Shown piece by piece: positions 8,429 to 17,170 of a stretch of 64,000 nucleotides of DNA (position 1 is the first letter of the stretch; the number at the start of each line of letters is the position of its first letter). Source of the stretch: an uncultured Thermoleophilia bacterium (GTDB lineage: Bacteria > Actinomycetota > Thermoleophilia > UBA2241). Both the position numbers and the translations under genes were made by a program. The DNA is taken from contig CAVPCT010000005.1 in assembly GCA_963702475.1 (NCBI GenBank), positions 800,001 through 864,000 on the forward strand. The letters are read 5' to 3'. The notes beneath the pieces are model-generated. The model was not told the DNA's origin. It ran no database searches and saw only the letters and a list, made by a program, of their open reading frames with translations.

Positions 8429-9369
8429 TGCGCCGTCACGCCGTTCTCCTGGTGACACTCGTCACACATGCTCTGCGGGTGACAGACGAGGCACGACTCC
8501 GGGCTCTTGCCGGCGACGTCGCCGTGAGCCTGCACCCAGTCGGCGGGATGCTTCACGGCGTGGCACTGCGAGCAGTAGCGCTCGTCGTGGCAGGCGTCGC
8601 AGCCCTCTGGGTCGGCGGCGGCGTCGGCGCCGTGGGTGTACCGCCACGTCCCGGAGAAGTGGTCGGGCGATGGATAGCCGTGGCACGTGTCGCAGAAGGC
8701 CTTCCTGTCGTGGTGACAACGCAGGCACTGCTCCTCGTTGACGCGAGCCTGCTCGCCGTGGTCCTTCATGAAGTCGACAGCGTGCGCGGTGGCCGGCTCG
8801 GCGTGGCAGTAGTCGCAGGCCGCCGGGGCACCCTGGTCGTTGTGGCACATGGTGCAGGTCGCCATGCTGACGCTGCCCGTCTGCCCGGCGCGCTTGTGGG
8901 ACGTGGTGGTGTGGCAGTCGTAGCAGAGCAGCCCCCTGTCCTCCAGGTGCTCCTCGTGGTTCATGCGTACGCCGTCCGTCTCGTCCGGGATGGACGACAC
9001 GGGGTGGCACTTGAGGCAATTGGCGTTGGTGGGGAGCTGGCGCACATCGTCGCCGGCTGCCATGCCGAGGTAGTCGGCCCAGATGTTGCGCGTCTCCGTG
9101 AGGCGCCACTTGGCATTGGCGACGGTGCCTTCCGGCACGTGGCATTCGACGCAGGACACCATGCTGTGGGCGGCGGCGGCCCACGAGCGTTCGGCCGGCT
9201 TCATGGCCTTGCAGGAGGTGCAGTAGGAGACCGTGTCTTGCGCGGCCACCGGAAGGACGAGCACGGCGAGGATGACCACGATGATGCCGACGACCACCAG
9301 CCAGCTGAACCACGAGGTGCGGTACCACGGCCGCTGGACAGGCCGATGCCGGTGTACTTTCTCAGCCAA
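8425..9369 (-). CDS. Membrane-anchored multiheme cytochrome c with NapC/NrfH-like N-terminus, 11 CxxCH + 1 CxxCK
   Basis: N-terminal TM helix, YCTSCKAM...AHSMVSCVECH; 11 CxxCH; paralogous architecture to the genes at 1945 and 3162. Confidence 0.9.
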   Translation of the reverse strand: MAEKVHRHRPVQRPWYRTSWFSWLVVVGIIVVILAVLVLPVAAQDTVSYCTSCKAMKPAERSWAAAAHSMVSCVECHVPEGTVANAKWRLTETRNIWADYLGMAAGDDVRQLPTNANCLKCHPVSSIPDETDGVRMNHEEHLEDRGLLCYDCHTTTSHKRAGQTGSVSMATCTMCHNDQGAPAACDYCHAEPATAHAVDFMKDHGEQARVNEEQCLRCHHDRKAFCDTCHGYPSPDHFSGTWRYTHGADAAADPEGCDACHDERYCSQCHAVKHPADWVQAHGDVAGKSPESCLVCHPQSMCDECHQENGVTAQ

Positions 9370-9456
9370 GAAGAGAGGCTCCCACGTGCTCCATCCTCAC
9401 GGTCCCCCCCGGCGACGGCCGTCCCCTCGATCCAGGCCGCCCCGGTTGTGGCGGGC

Positions 9457-9465
9457 ATTGTACCA
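9457..9465 (-). promoter_or_regulatory. Putative extended -10 element (TGGTACAAT) for cassette 9369->6328
   Basis: Same 9-mer as at 5390..5398, about 90 nt upstream of the start codon. Confidence 0.45.
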
Positions 9466-9497
9466 CCCCGTACCTACGCTCGCCACACGCACGACCA

Positions 9498-9537
9498 ATA
9501 CGGCGGTGGGTATCTCCGGAGATACGGCGGCAGGTAT
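9498..9537. promoter_or_regulatory. Tandem operator-like repeats
   Basis: ATACGGCGGTGGGTAT (9498-9513) and ATACGGCGGCAGGTAT (9522-9537), joined by the perfect palindrome GTATCTCCGGAGATAC (9510-9525). Confidence 0.45.
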
Positions 9538-9568
9538 GTGGACCGAGACTGCCGCCGGGCGCGGAGGC

Positions 9569-11005
9569 TCAGGAGAACGGCAGGCCGAGCTCGGCCCAGC
9601 GGTCCGTCACACGGCGCCGTATCAGGGGGTCCATGGCCAGCTCTTCGGGCCACTCGCGCGCATGGCCCTCGTCCGGCCAGGTCTTCGTGGCATCGATGCC
9701 CATCTTGGCGCCGTAGCGCGCGAAGGGGCTCGAGTGATCGAGCACGTCGAGGGGGCCGCGCACGATGACCGTGTCGCGCTCGGGGTCGACGTTGTTGAAC
9801 ACCCGCCAGGTCACTTCGCTGTAGTCGTGCACGTCCACGTGCTCGTCCACCACCACGACGAACTTGGTGAACATCATCTGCCCCATGCCCCACACCGCGC
9901 TCATGATCTTGCGCGCGTGGCCCGGGTACTCCTTGCGGATGCTGATGATGGCGCAGTCGTGGAACACGCCCTCGATGGGCAGGTCCATGTCGACGATCTC
10001 GGGCTGCACGAGCTGCAACAGCGGCAGGAAGAGGCGCTCGGTGGCCTTGCCGAGGTAGGCGTCCTCCATCGGCGGCTTGCCGACGATGGTGGCCGGGTAG
10101 ACGGGGTCGCGGCGGTGGCTCATGGCCGTGAGGTGGAACACCGGGTACTGGTCGGCCAGGGAGTAGTAGCCGGTGTGATCGCCGAACGGCCCCTCGAGCC
10201 GCGTCTCTCCCTTCTCCACGTAGCCCTCGAGGACGATCTCAGCGTCGGCCGGCACCTGCAGGTCGACGGTGGCGCACGGCGCCATGTCGACCGGCTCGCC
10301 GCGGAGGAAGCCGGCGAACATGAACTCGCTGATGCCCGGCGGAAGCGGCGCCGTGGCGGCGTAGGTGACCGCGGGGTCGGTACCGAGGGCGACGGCGACC
10401 TCCGTACGCTCGCCCGCCTCGCGCAGGTTGGAGGCGCCGTCGTGGTGGACGTGGATGTGCAGACCGGTGGTGCGCGAGTCGAACACCTGCAGGCGGTACA
10501 TGCCGGCGTTCTGGCGACCCTGGCGGTCTTTGGTCACCACGATGGGCAGCGTCATGAACGGACCGCCGTCGCCGGGCCAGGTGGTGAGCACCGGCAGGCG
10601 CGTGAGGTCCGGCGGGTCGACGACGACCTCACGCCACAGCGCCTTCTTGCCGTACCTGGGGCCGTACGAGGCCAGCTCCTTGAGCTGGCCGAGCGCCTTG
10701 ACCTTGCCGACGAGGCCGCTGGGGACCTGCAACTCGAGGAGGCCGCCGATGCGCTTCGCGATGTCGTCGAGCGGCGCCCCGAGCGCCAGCTCCAGGCGCC
10801 TGAACGAGCCGAGCTGGTTCATGAGGACCGGCACGGCGGAGCGCCCTGCCGGCATCAGGGGGCGCTCGAAGAGCAGCGCCGGCCCGTGCGCCTTGCTGGC
10901 GCGGTCGGCGATCTCGGCCATCTCGAGATACGGATCGACCTCGGGACGCACGCGAGCGAGCTCGCCCTCGCGTTCGAGCAGACTGATGAACGCTCGCAGG
11001 TCCAC
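9569..11005 (-). CDS. ubiD: UbiD-family decarboxylase (menaquinone biosynthesis, MqnL-like)
   Basis: Starts at GTG 11005 (DLRAFISLLEREGEL); NAGMYRLQV, EGPFGDHTGYY, TIVGKPPMED, KMGIDATK. Confidence 0.93.
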   Translation of the reverse strand: MDLRAFISLLEREGELARVRPEVDPYLEMAEIADRASKAHGPALLFERPLMPAGRSAVPVLMNQLGSFRRLELALGAPLDDIAKRIGGLLELQVPSGLVGKVKALGQLKELASYGPRYGKKALWREVVVDPPDLTRLPVLTTWPGDGGPFMTLPIVVTKDRQGRQNAGMYRLQVFDSRTTGLHIHVHHDGASNLREAGERTEVAVALGTDPAVTYAATAPLPPGISEFMFAGFLRGEPVDMAPCATVDLQVPADAEIVLEGYVEKGETRLEGPFGDHTGYYSLADQYPVFHLTAMSHRRDPVYPATIVGKPPMEDAYLGKATERLFLPLLQLVQPEIVDMDLPIEGVFHDCAIISIRKEYPGHARKIMSAVWGMGQMMFTKFVVVVDEHVDVHDYSEVTWRVFNNVDPERDTVIVRGPLDVLDHSSPFARYGAKMGIDATKTWPDEGHAREWPEELAMDPLIRRRVTDRWAELGLPFS

Positions 11006-11006
11006 G

Positions 11007-11606
11007 TCAGGCCGCCACCCCAGGCGACAAGGCGTCGAGGGCGCGCACGAGAGGCGCGGCGTCGCGCAGGTGGAGAGCCGGCGCCTGGACCCGAGCGAGG
11101 ACGGGTACGTCGACCGCGCCGCCCGCGGCCAGAGCCTCATCGAGCGCCTCGAAGAGCAGCGCGGCCTGCCGGAGGGCGACGCCCTGGCGCAGGGCGGCGA
11201 GGCCGCCGACGGTGTACGCCCACAAGGCGTCGTCGGCGGCGAACGGCGCCTGCAGGCTGCGCAGGTACGAGCAGGCTGCCATGAGACGCGCCAGCAGGCC
11301 GACGGCCGCCGCGTCGCCGCGCGCGGCGACGATGTGCAGGCCGCGCGCGTACAGGAAGTCGCCGGCGAGGAGCGCGTTCTCGCGGCACGCCTGCTCGCCG
11401 GCCGCGCACACGCGGCTCTGGCGATAGTGGAACAGGTAGCCCTCGTAGATGAGCTCGATGGCGCGCACGTACTCGGCGTCGTCCCCGCCGTCGAGCTCGT
11501 CGAAGAGCAGACCCCAGCGCAACCGGGGCTCGGCGCCGGCGGGCGGCCCAAAAGCAGCGCCCGCCTCCCGGAGACCCCGCGCGACCGGAGGGACCGAGAC
11601 CGGCAT
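11007..11606 (-). CDS. Degenerate isoprenyl-synthase-fold protein lacking DDxxD
   Basis: AIELIYEGYLFHY and ALLAGDFLYARG align by eye with AVELLHMATLVHDD and AVSAGNFLLARA of the synthase at 1..463. Confidence 0.6.
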   Translation of the reverse strand: MPVSVPPVARGLREAGAAFGPPAGAEPRLRWGLLFDELDGGDDAEYVRAIELIYEGYLFHYRQSRVCAAGEQACRENALLAGDFLYARGLHIVAARGDAAAVGLLARLMAACSYLRSLQAPFAADDALWAYTVGGLAALRQGVALRQAALLFEALDEALAAGGAVDVPVLARVQAPALHLRDAAPLVRALDALSPGVAA

Positions 11607-11607
11607 G

Positions 11608-12249
11608 TCAGACCTGCTCGTGGTCCAGATAGAACGTCAGCGACATGAGCTCGCTCGAGAGGTCGACCTGGCGCACGAGAGCATCTTCGGGCTTCTGGAC
11701 CTTGACGGGCGCGAAGTTGAGCATGGCCCGCACGCCGGCCGCGGCGAGGCGGTCGACGGTGGCCTGCGCCTCCGCCGCCGGCACGGTGACGAGGGCGATG
11801 TCCACGGCCTCGGAGGCGCAGAAACCCTCGAGATCGGCGATGCTGCGCACGCGTCCCGCGCCGTAGCTCGCGCCGATCACCGAGGCCGAACTGTCGAACA
11901 TCCCGACCAGGCGGAACCCCTGTTCCGTGAACCCCCGGTACCGGGCGAGCGCAGTACCCAGGAGGCCGGCTCCGACGATGATCACGTTCCACGAGTGGTC
12001 GAGGCCGAGGCAGTGGGAGATCTCGTCGATGAGGCGGGAGACCTCGTAGCCCACGCCGCGCGTGCCGAACTCTCCGAAGTAGGAGAAGTCCTTGCGGATC
12101 TGGGCGGCGTTGAGGCCGATGCTCTCCGCGAGGTCCTTGCTGGAGACGCGGCCGACGCCGCGGGCACGCAGCTCGCGCAGCTTGCGCAGGTACACCGCCA
12201 GCCGCGGCACAGTGACGGCGGGGACGTCGTTCTTGTCAACGTTGCGCAC
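11608..12249 (-). CDS. rex: Redox-sensing transcriptional repressor Rex
   Basis: RLAVYLRKL, VSSKDLAE, QIRKDFSYFGEFGTRGVGYEV, IIVGAGLLG, LNFAP. Confidence 0.95.
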   Translation of the reverse strand: MRNVDKNDVPAVTVPRLAVYLRKLRELRARGVGRVSSKDLAESIGLNAAQIRKDFSYFGEFGTRGVGYEVSRLIDEISHCLGLDHSWNVIIVGAGLLGTALARYRGFTEQGFRLVGMFDSSASVIGASYGAGRVRSIADLEGFCASEAVDIALVTVPAAEAQATVDRLAAAGVRAMLNFAPVKVQKPEDALVRQVDLSSELMSLTFYLDHEQV

Positions 12250-12252
12250 GTA

Positions 12253-13545
12253 TCACCCCTCCCCGGCCAAGAAGAAGCGCTGCGCCGCCGCGGCGGTCAG
12301 AGCGAGGTCATCGTCGGTGAGCGCCAGGGAGACCATGGCCGCCTCGAACTGCGACGGGGCGAGGTACACGCCACTCTCCAGCATGTGGCGCCAGTACCGC
12401 GCGTACAAGGCGGTGTCGGCGTGCTTCGCGTCGGCGAAGCTGGTGACCGGCCCCTCGCAGAAGAACATCGTCATCATGGCGCCGACGCGGTTGAGCGTGT
12501 AGGGCTGCTCGCCGGCGGAGGCGGCGATGATGAGCGCCTCGGCGATCTCCGCGCCCAGGTCCTCGAGCCGCTCGTAGACGCCCGGCGCTCCGAGCACGCT
12601 GAGCGTGGCGGCGCCGGCCGCCATGGCAAGCGGGTTGCCGGAGAGCGTGCCCGCCTGGTACGTGGAGCCGAGCGGCGCCACCGTCTCCATGACGTCGCGC
12701 CTCCCGCCGAAGGCGCCCACCGGCAGGCCGCCGCCGATGATCTTGCCGAGCGTGGTGAGGTCGGGCACGACGCCGAAGCGCGCCTGCGCGCCGCCCCAGG
12801 CCACGCGGAAGCCGGTGATGACCTCGTCGAAGATGAGCAGCGCACCGGCCGCCGTGCACGACTCGCGGCAGGCCTCGAGGAAGCCGGGCACCGGCGGGAC
12901 CACGCCCATGTTGCCGGCCACCGGCTCGACGATGAGCGCGGCGATCTCCTCGCCGCGCTGCTCGAAGAGCGCGGTGAGGGCCTCCACGTCGTTGTACTCG
13001 ACCAGCAGGGTGTCGGCGGTGGTGCCCTTGGTGACACCCGGACTGTCGGGCAGCGAGAGCGTGAGCACACCGCTGCCGGCGGCGGCCAGGAACGCGTCCG
13101 AGTGGCCGTGGTAGCAGCCGGTGAACTTGACCACCTTCTCGCGACCCGTGAAGCCGCGAGCCACGCGCACGGCGCTCATGGTGGCCTCGGTGCCCGAGTT
13201 CACCATGCGCACCAGCTCGATGGAGGGCACGGCGTCGCAGATCAGGCGCGCCAGCTCGACCTCGAGGTCGGTGGGCGCGCCGTAGCTCGTGCCGCGGTCG
13301 ATCTGGGCGTGCAGGCGGCCGACGACCTCCGGGTGACCCCAGCCGAGGATCATCGGCCCCCACGAAGAGACGAAGTCGACGAGCTCGTTGCCGTCGGCGT
13401 CCCACACATGAGAGCCGGAGGCGTGGTCGATGAAGAGCGGATACGGCATGCCGACGCCCTTCATGGCACGGACCGGCGAGTTGACGCCGCCCGGGATGTA
13501 CTGCTTGGCCTCGTCGAAGAGGCGCGCCGAGGTCTCTGTGTTCAC
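12253..13545 (-). CDS. hemL: Glutamate-1-semialdehyde 2,1-aminomutase
   Basis: PGGVNSPVRA, VNSGTEATMSA, GCYHGHSD, FDEVITGFR, LGKIIGGGLP, QAGTLSGNP. Confidence 0.97.
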   Translation of the reverse strand: MNTETSARLFDEAKQYIPGGVNSPVRAMKGVGMPYPLFIDHASGSHVWDADGNELVDFVSSWGPMILGWGHPEVVGRLHAQIDRGTSYGAPTDLEVELARLICDAVPSIELVRMVNSGTEATMSAVRVARGFTGREKVVKFTGCYHGHSDAFLAAAGSGVLTLSLPDSPGVTKGTTADTLLVEYNDVEALTALFEQRGEEIAALIVEPVAGNMGVVPPVPGFLEACRESCTAAGALLIFDEVITGFRVAWGGAQARFGVVPDLTTLGKIIGGGLPVGAFGGRRDVMETVAPLGSTYQAGTLSGNPLAMAAGAATLSVLGAPGVYERLEDLGAEIAEALIIAASAGEQPYTLNRVGAMMTMFFCEGPVTSFADAKHADTALYARYWRHMLESGVYLAPSQFEAAMVSLALTDDDLALTAAAAQRFFLAGEG

Positions 13546-13778
13546 ACAGTCCTCCCCACCGATGGGCTCGAGAGTTGGCAGGCCGGAAGGTAGGGAATGA
13601 TACTACGCTCCAACCGGAGCGTGTGCCCTGCCGCACATGATTCCACACGCGCGGCGACACCGCCACGGCGGGGCGCTCTCACGGGACCGCGTCGGGCGGC
13701 CCCGACGACCGGTCGCACAGCGGGATGCCGGCCGCCGACGGAGGCGCACGGCGCCGTCACACGCAAGGAGGCACAGGC

Positions 13779-14219
13779 ATGGCCATCAGCATCCGCGACG
13801 CCGGCCCGGGCGACGAGCCGGCGGTCGTCGACCTCGTCCAGGAGCTCGCCGTCACCACCGACTACCCCACGACCATCGACGAGCACTACGTGCGGCACTT
13901 CATGGCGTCGCCGGTGAGCGGCATCCTCATGGCGTTCGACGACCACGCACCCGTGGGACTGGTGAGCTACGCCACCGTGCCCGGCCTGTTCCACGCGGCC
14001 GACTCCGGCCTCATCGAGGCGCTGGTCATCACCGAAGGCCGCCGCGGCGAGGGCATCGGCCGCCTGCTGGCGCAAGCAGCGGTCGAAGTCCTGGAGCTGC
14101 ACGGCTGCGCCGAGATCTCGGTGAGCACGGGGGCCGACAACGAGGCGGCTCAGCGGCTGTACTTCGAGCTGGGCCTCACGGAGGCGTCCGTCCTCATGGA
14201 GAAGCACGTCGAGCGCTGA
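13779..14219 (+). CDS. GNAT family N-acetyltransferase
   Basis: AAGGAGG RBS; RRGEGIGRLL motif A; NEAAQRLY..LG. Confidence 0.85.
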   Translation: MAISIRDAGPGDEPAVVDLVQELAVTTDYPTTIDEHYVRHFMASPVSGILMAFDDHAPVGLVSYATVPGLFHAADSGLIEALVITEGRRGEGIGRLLAQAAVEVLELHGCAEISVSTGADNEAAQRLYFELGLTEASVLMEKHVER

Positions 14220-14235
14220 TCCGGAAGCCGGCCGC

Positions 14236-14727
14236 GTGACCCTGCGCAGAGCGCATGCTGAGGACGCGCCGTTCATCGCCACCATGCTCGTGGAGGCGGT
14301 GAGCTGGGAGCGCGAGCCCGGCGAGGCCCCGTACCGCCTCGACGAGCTGCTCGCGACACCCGAGATCGCAGACTACGTGGAGGGATGGGGCAGGCGGGGC
14401 GACTCGGGCGTTGTCGCGGAGGAGGCCGGCGGACCGGCCGGCGCCTGCTGGTACCGCCGCTTCACGCCCGAGCACCCGGGCTACGGGTTCGTCGCGGAGC
14501 ACGTCCCGGGAATGGCGATCGCCGTCGTGCCGGCGTTCCGCAAGCGGGGGCTGGGAACGGCGTTGCTCGCCGCGACCATCGAGTCCGCCCGAGCCGAGGG
14601 CATCCCGGCCCTCGGACTCAGCGTCTCGCAGCGGAACGTGGTGGCCCGCCGTCTCTACGAACGGCGAGGCTTCGTCGTGGTCGGCACGCAGGGCGACGCC
14701 CTCACCATGCGGCTGGACCTGGCCTGA
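14236..14727 (+). CDS. GNAT family N-acetyltransferase
   Basis: IAVVPAFRKRGLGTALL; N..ARRLYERRGF. Confidence 0.85.
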   Translation: MTLRRAHAEDAPFIATMLVEAVSWEREPGEAPYRLDELLATPEIADYVEGWGRRGDSGVVAEEAGGPAGACWYRRFTPEHPGYGFVAEHVPGMAIAVVPAFRKRGLGTALLAATIESARAEGIPALGLSVSQRNVVARRLYERRGFVVVGTQGDALTMRLDLA

Positions 14728-14796
14728 CGTGACCGGGGCCGGCGCGACCGTGGCGGCGCGCGCGCCGGTCGTGCTCTGCGCCGGCGCGCCGGCGCC

Positions 14797-15948
14797 TCAG
14801 CCCATCGCCGGCGCGCACCAGCCCTTGGGCACGTACGCGCAGTAGGGCTCCTCGGCCATGTAGTCGCCGGTGGCCTCGTAGGCCCGCGCGCGGCAGCCGC
14901 CGCAGACCTTCTTGAACTCGCACGCGCCGCACTTGCCCTTGAGCCCGTCGAAGTCGCGGAGCTCGTTGAAGAGCGGCGAGTCGCGCCAGACCTCGGGGAA
15001 CGTCTGCTCGCGCACGTTGCCGGCCACCTTGTCGAAGTAGCCGCAACCCTGCACGTCGCCGACGTGGCTGATGAAGCAGAAGCCGATGCCCGCGAGGCAG
15101 CCGCGGCTGAGCGTGTTCATGCCGCCGTGACTGTGCGGGTGCACCTCGAGCTTGCGGCCCTGCGCCTTGGCGCGCTGCCGCATGACGCGCCAGTAGTGCG
15201 GCACGTCGGTGGGCTTCATGAACAGATCGCTCTCCTGCTGGGCGTCGTACATCCACTCGAGCGCGCGTTCGTACTCCTCCGGCGGCAGCTCCTGGGCCTC
15301 GAGCTCCTTGCCGCGACCCGTCGGCACCAGCATGAACGGGTGGAACGAGACGGCGCCGAGGTCGGTGGCCAGCTGCAGCAGGTCGGGGAGGTAGTGCGCG
15401 TTGAGCCTGGTGATGGTGCTGTTGATCTGCACCTCCACCCCGGCGTCCAGGCAGTTGCGGATGCCCTGCACCGCGCCGTCGAACGCGCCGGGCACACCGC
15501 GGAACTCGTCGTGCTCCTTCGCCCCGGGAAAGTCGATGGAGATGCTGACACGTGCGATGCCCACGTCGTGCATGCGTCGTGCGACCTCGGGGGTGACGAG
15601 GGTGCCGTTGGGCGACATCACGGTGCGCAGGCCCGCCCCGATGGCGTGCTCGGCGATGGCGAAGATGTCGGCGCGCATGAGCGGGTCGCCGCCGGTGAGG
15701 ATGAGGATCGGGTTCGCGAACGAGGCGATCTGGTCGACGAGGGTGAAGCACTCCTCGGTGCTCAGCTCGCCGGGGTACGGGCCGTGGACGGCCGAGGCCC
15801 GGCAGTGCACGCAGGCCAGGTTGCAGCTGCGCGTGACCTCCCAGGCGACGACGCGAGGCGGCGCCGGGCCGTCTCCGGAGGCGGCGGCCATGCCGTGCGG
15901 GTGACCGCCGGGGTGGCGCTGTTGGTTTTGAGGGTGTGCATGGTCCAA
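14797..15948 (-). CDS. ahbD: Radical SAM/SPASM heme b synthase, AhbD-like
   Basis: TTG start after AGGAG; His-rich HPGGHPH N-terminus; WEVTRSCNLACVHCRA; SPASM cysteines GCLAG...CGACEFKKVCGGCRARA; next to hemB and hemL. Distinction from AhbC rests on N-terminal similarity only. Confidence 0.8.
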   Translation of the reverse strand: MDHAHPQNQQRHPGGHPHGMAAASGDGPAPPRVVAWEVTRSCNLACVHCRASAVHGPYPGELSTEECFTLVDQIASFANPILILTGGDPLMRADIFAIAEHAIGAGLRTVMSPNGTLVTPEVARRMHDVGIARVSISIDFPGAKEHDEFRGVPGAFDGAVQGIRNCLDAGVEVQINSTITRLNAHYLPDLLQLATDLGAVSFHPFMLVPTGRGKELEAQELPPEEYERALEWMYDAQQESDLFMKPTDVPHYWRVMRQRAKAQGRKLEVHPHSHGGMNTLSRGCLAGIGFCFISHVGDVQGCGYFDKVAGNVREQTFPEVWRDSPLFNELRDFDGLKGKCGACEFKKVCGGCRARAYEATGDYMAEEPYCAYVPKGWCAPAMG

Positions 15949-16044
15949 ACCGGCTCCTAGTGTGCCAGAGCAGCATGAGGGGCGCAACGCGGGCGCTCGG
16001 GGCGCGCCCTCACTCGGCGCCTCGATGGCCCGCCCGCCTCCGCC

Positions 16045-17019
16045 TCAGCCCTGCAGCCAGCGGGCGATGTCTTTGGCGTGGTAGGTGATGATGAGATCGG
16101 CCCCGGCGCGCTTGATGCCGGTGATGGCCTCCATGACGGCGCGCTGCTCGTCGAGCCAGCCGTTGGCGGCCGCGGCCTTGATCATCGCGTACTCGCCGCT
16201 CACGTTGTAGGCGGCCAGCGGGAAGCGGGTCTCCTGCTTGACGGCGTGGATCACGTCGAGGAACGGGATCGCCGGCTTCACCATGATGATGTCGGCGCCC
16301 TCCTCGATGTCGAGCAGCGACTCGCGCACGGCCTCCTCGAGGTTGGCCGGGTCCATCTGGTAGGTCTTGCGGTCGCCGAACGCCGGAGCGGATTCGGCGG
16401 CCTCGCGGAACGGGCCGTAGAACGCCGAGGCGAACTTGCTGGAGTAGGCCATGATGATCGTGTCCGGCAGACCCTCGTCGTCGAGCGCGTTGCGGATGGC
16501 GGCCACGCGCCCGTCCATCATGTCGCTGGGGGCGACGATGTCGGCGCCGCTCTCGGCGTGCGTGACGGCCATCTTGGCGAGCAGCTCGAGCGTGACGTCG
16601 TTGAGGATCTCGCCGTCCTGCACCACACCGCAGTGGCCGTGGTCCATGTACTCGCAGAGGCACACGTCGGTGATGACGACCAGGTCGGGGAACTCGTCCT
16701 TGATGGCGCGGACGGCCAGCTGGACGATGCCCTCGGGGTCGTAAGCGCCGGTCGCGGCTGAGTCCTTGTGCGACGGGATGCCGAACAGCAGCACCGCGGG
16801 GATGCCCAGGTCGACCGCCTCGCGCACCTCGGGGAGCAGGTTGCCGATGGAGAGCTGGTAGCACCCCGGCATGGAGCCGATCGGGTTCTTGACGTTCTCC
16901 CCCGCGATCACGAAGTACGGGTAGATGAGGTCGTCGAGCTTGAGCGTCGTCTCGCGCAGCATGCTGCGGATGGCCGGCGTGCGGCGCAGGCGGCGCATAC
17001 GGTAGCTGGGGTAGTACAT
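16045..17019 (-). CDS. hemB: Porphobilinogen synthase
   Basis: [21 protein letters not shown] (Zn-type), [34 protein letters not shown]. Confidence 0.97.
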   Translation of the reverse strand: MYYPSYRMRRLRRTPAIRSMLRETTLKLDDLIYPYFVIAGENVKNPIGSMPGCYQLSIGNLLPEVREAVDLGIPAVLLFGIPSHKDSAATGAYDPEGIVQLAVRAIKDEFPDLVVITDVCLCEYMDHGHCGVVQDGEILNDVTLELLAKMAVTHAESGADIVAPSDMMDGRVAAIRNALDDEGLPDTIIMAYSSKFASAFYGPFREAAESAPAFGDRKTYQMDPANLEEAVRESLLDIEEGADIIMVKPAIPFLDVIHAVKQETRFPLAAYNVSGEYAMIKAAAANGWLDEQRAVMEAITGIKRAGADLIITYHAKDIARWLQG

Positions 17020-17170
17020 GGGGTCGTGTCCTTTCTTCGCGCGGACCGGGGCGGACCGACTGCGTCAGGCATTGTCGCCCCCACACGCGAGGATGACAAC
17101 TCAGGCGGGGCCGCGCGGGGGCGCGGCGAAGCGGGGGCGCGGCGGCGGAGCCCTGCGGGCCCGCCGCGCC

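Noticed and set aside
4080-9222. CxxCK proteins as NrfA nitrite reductases
   Set aside because: The overall architecture is a NapC/NrfH-like anchor plus di-heme repeats, and no NrfA catalytic-domain sequence was recognised.
9569-11992. Apparent N-terminal fusions from extended ORF calls (807-aa UbiD; also 523..1794, 34260..36869, 47724..48911, 42738..43823, 26806..29202)
   Set aside because: The extensions overlap real upstream genes in another frame or are low-complexity. Internal starts have an RBS, a leaderless -10 or stop-start coupling.
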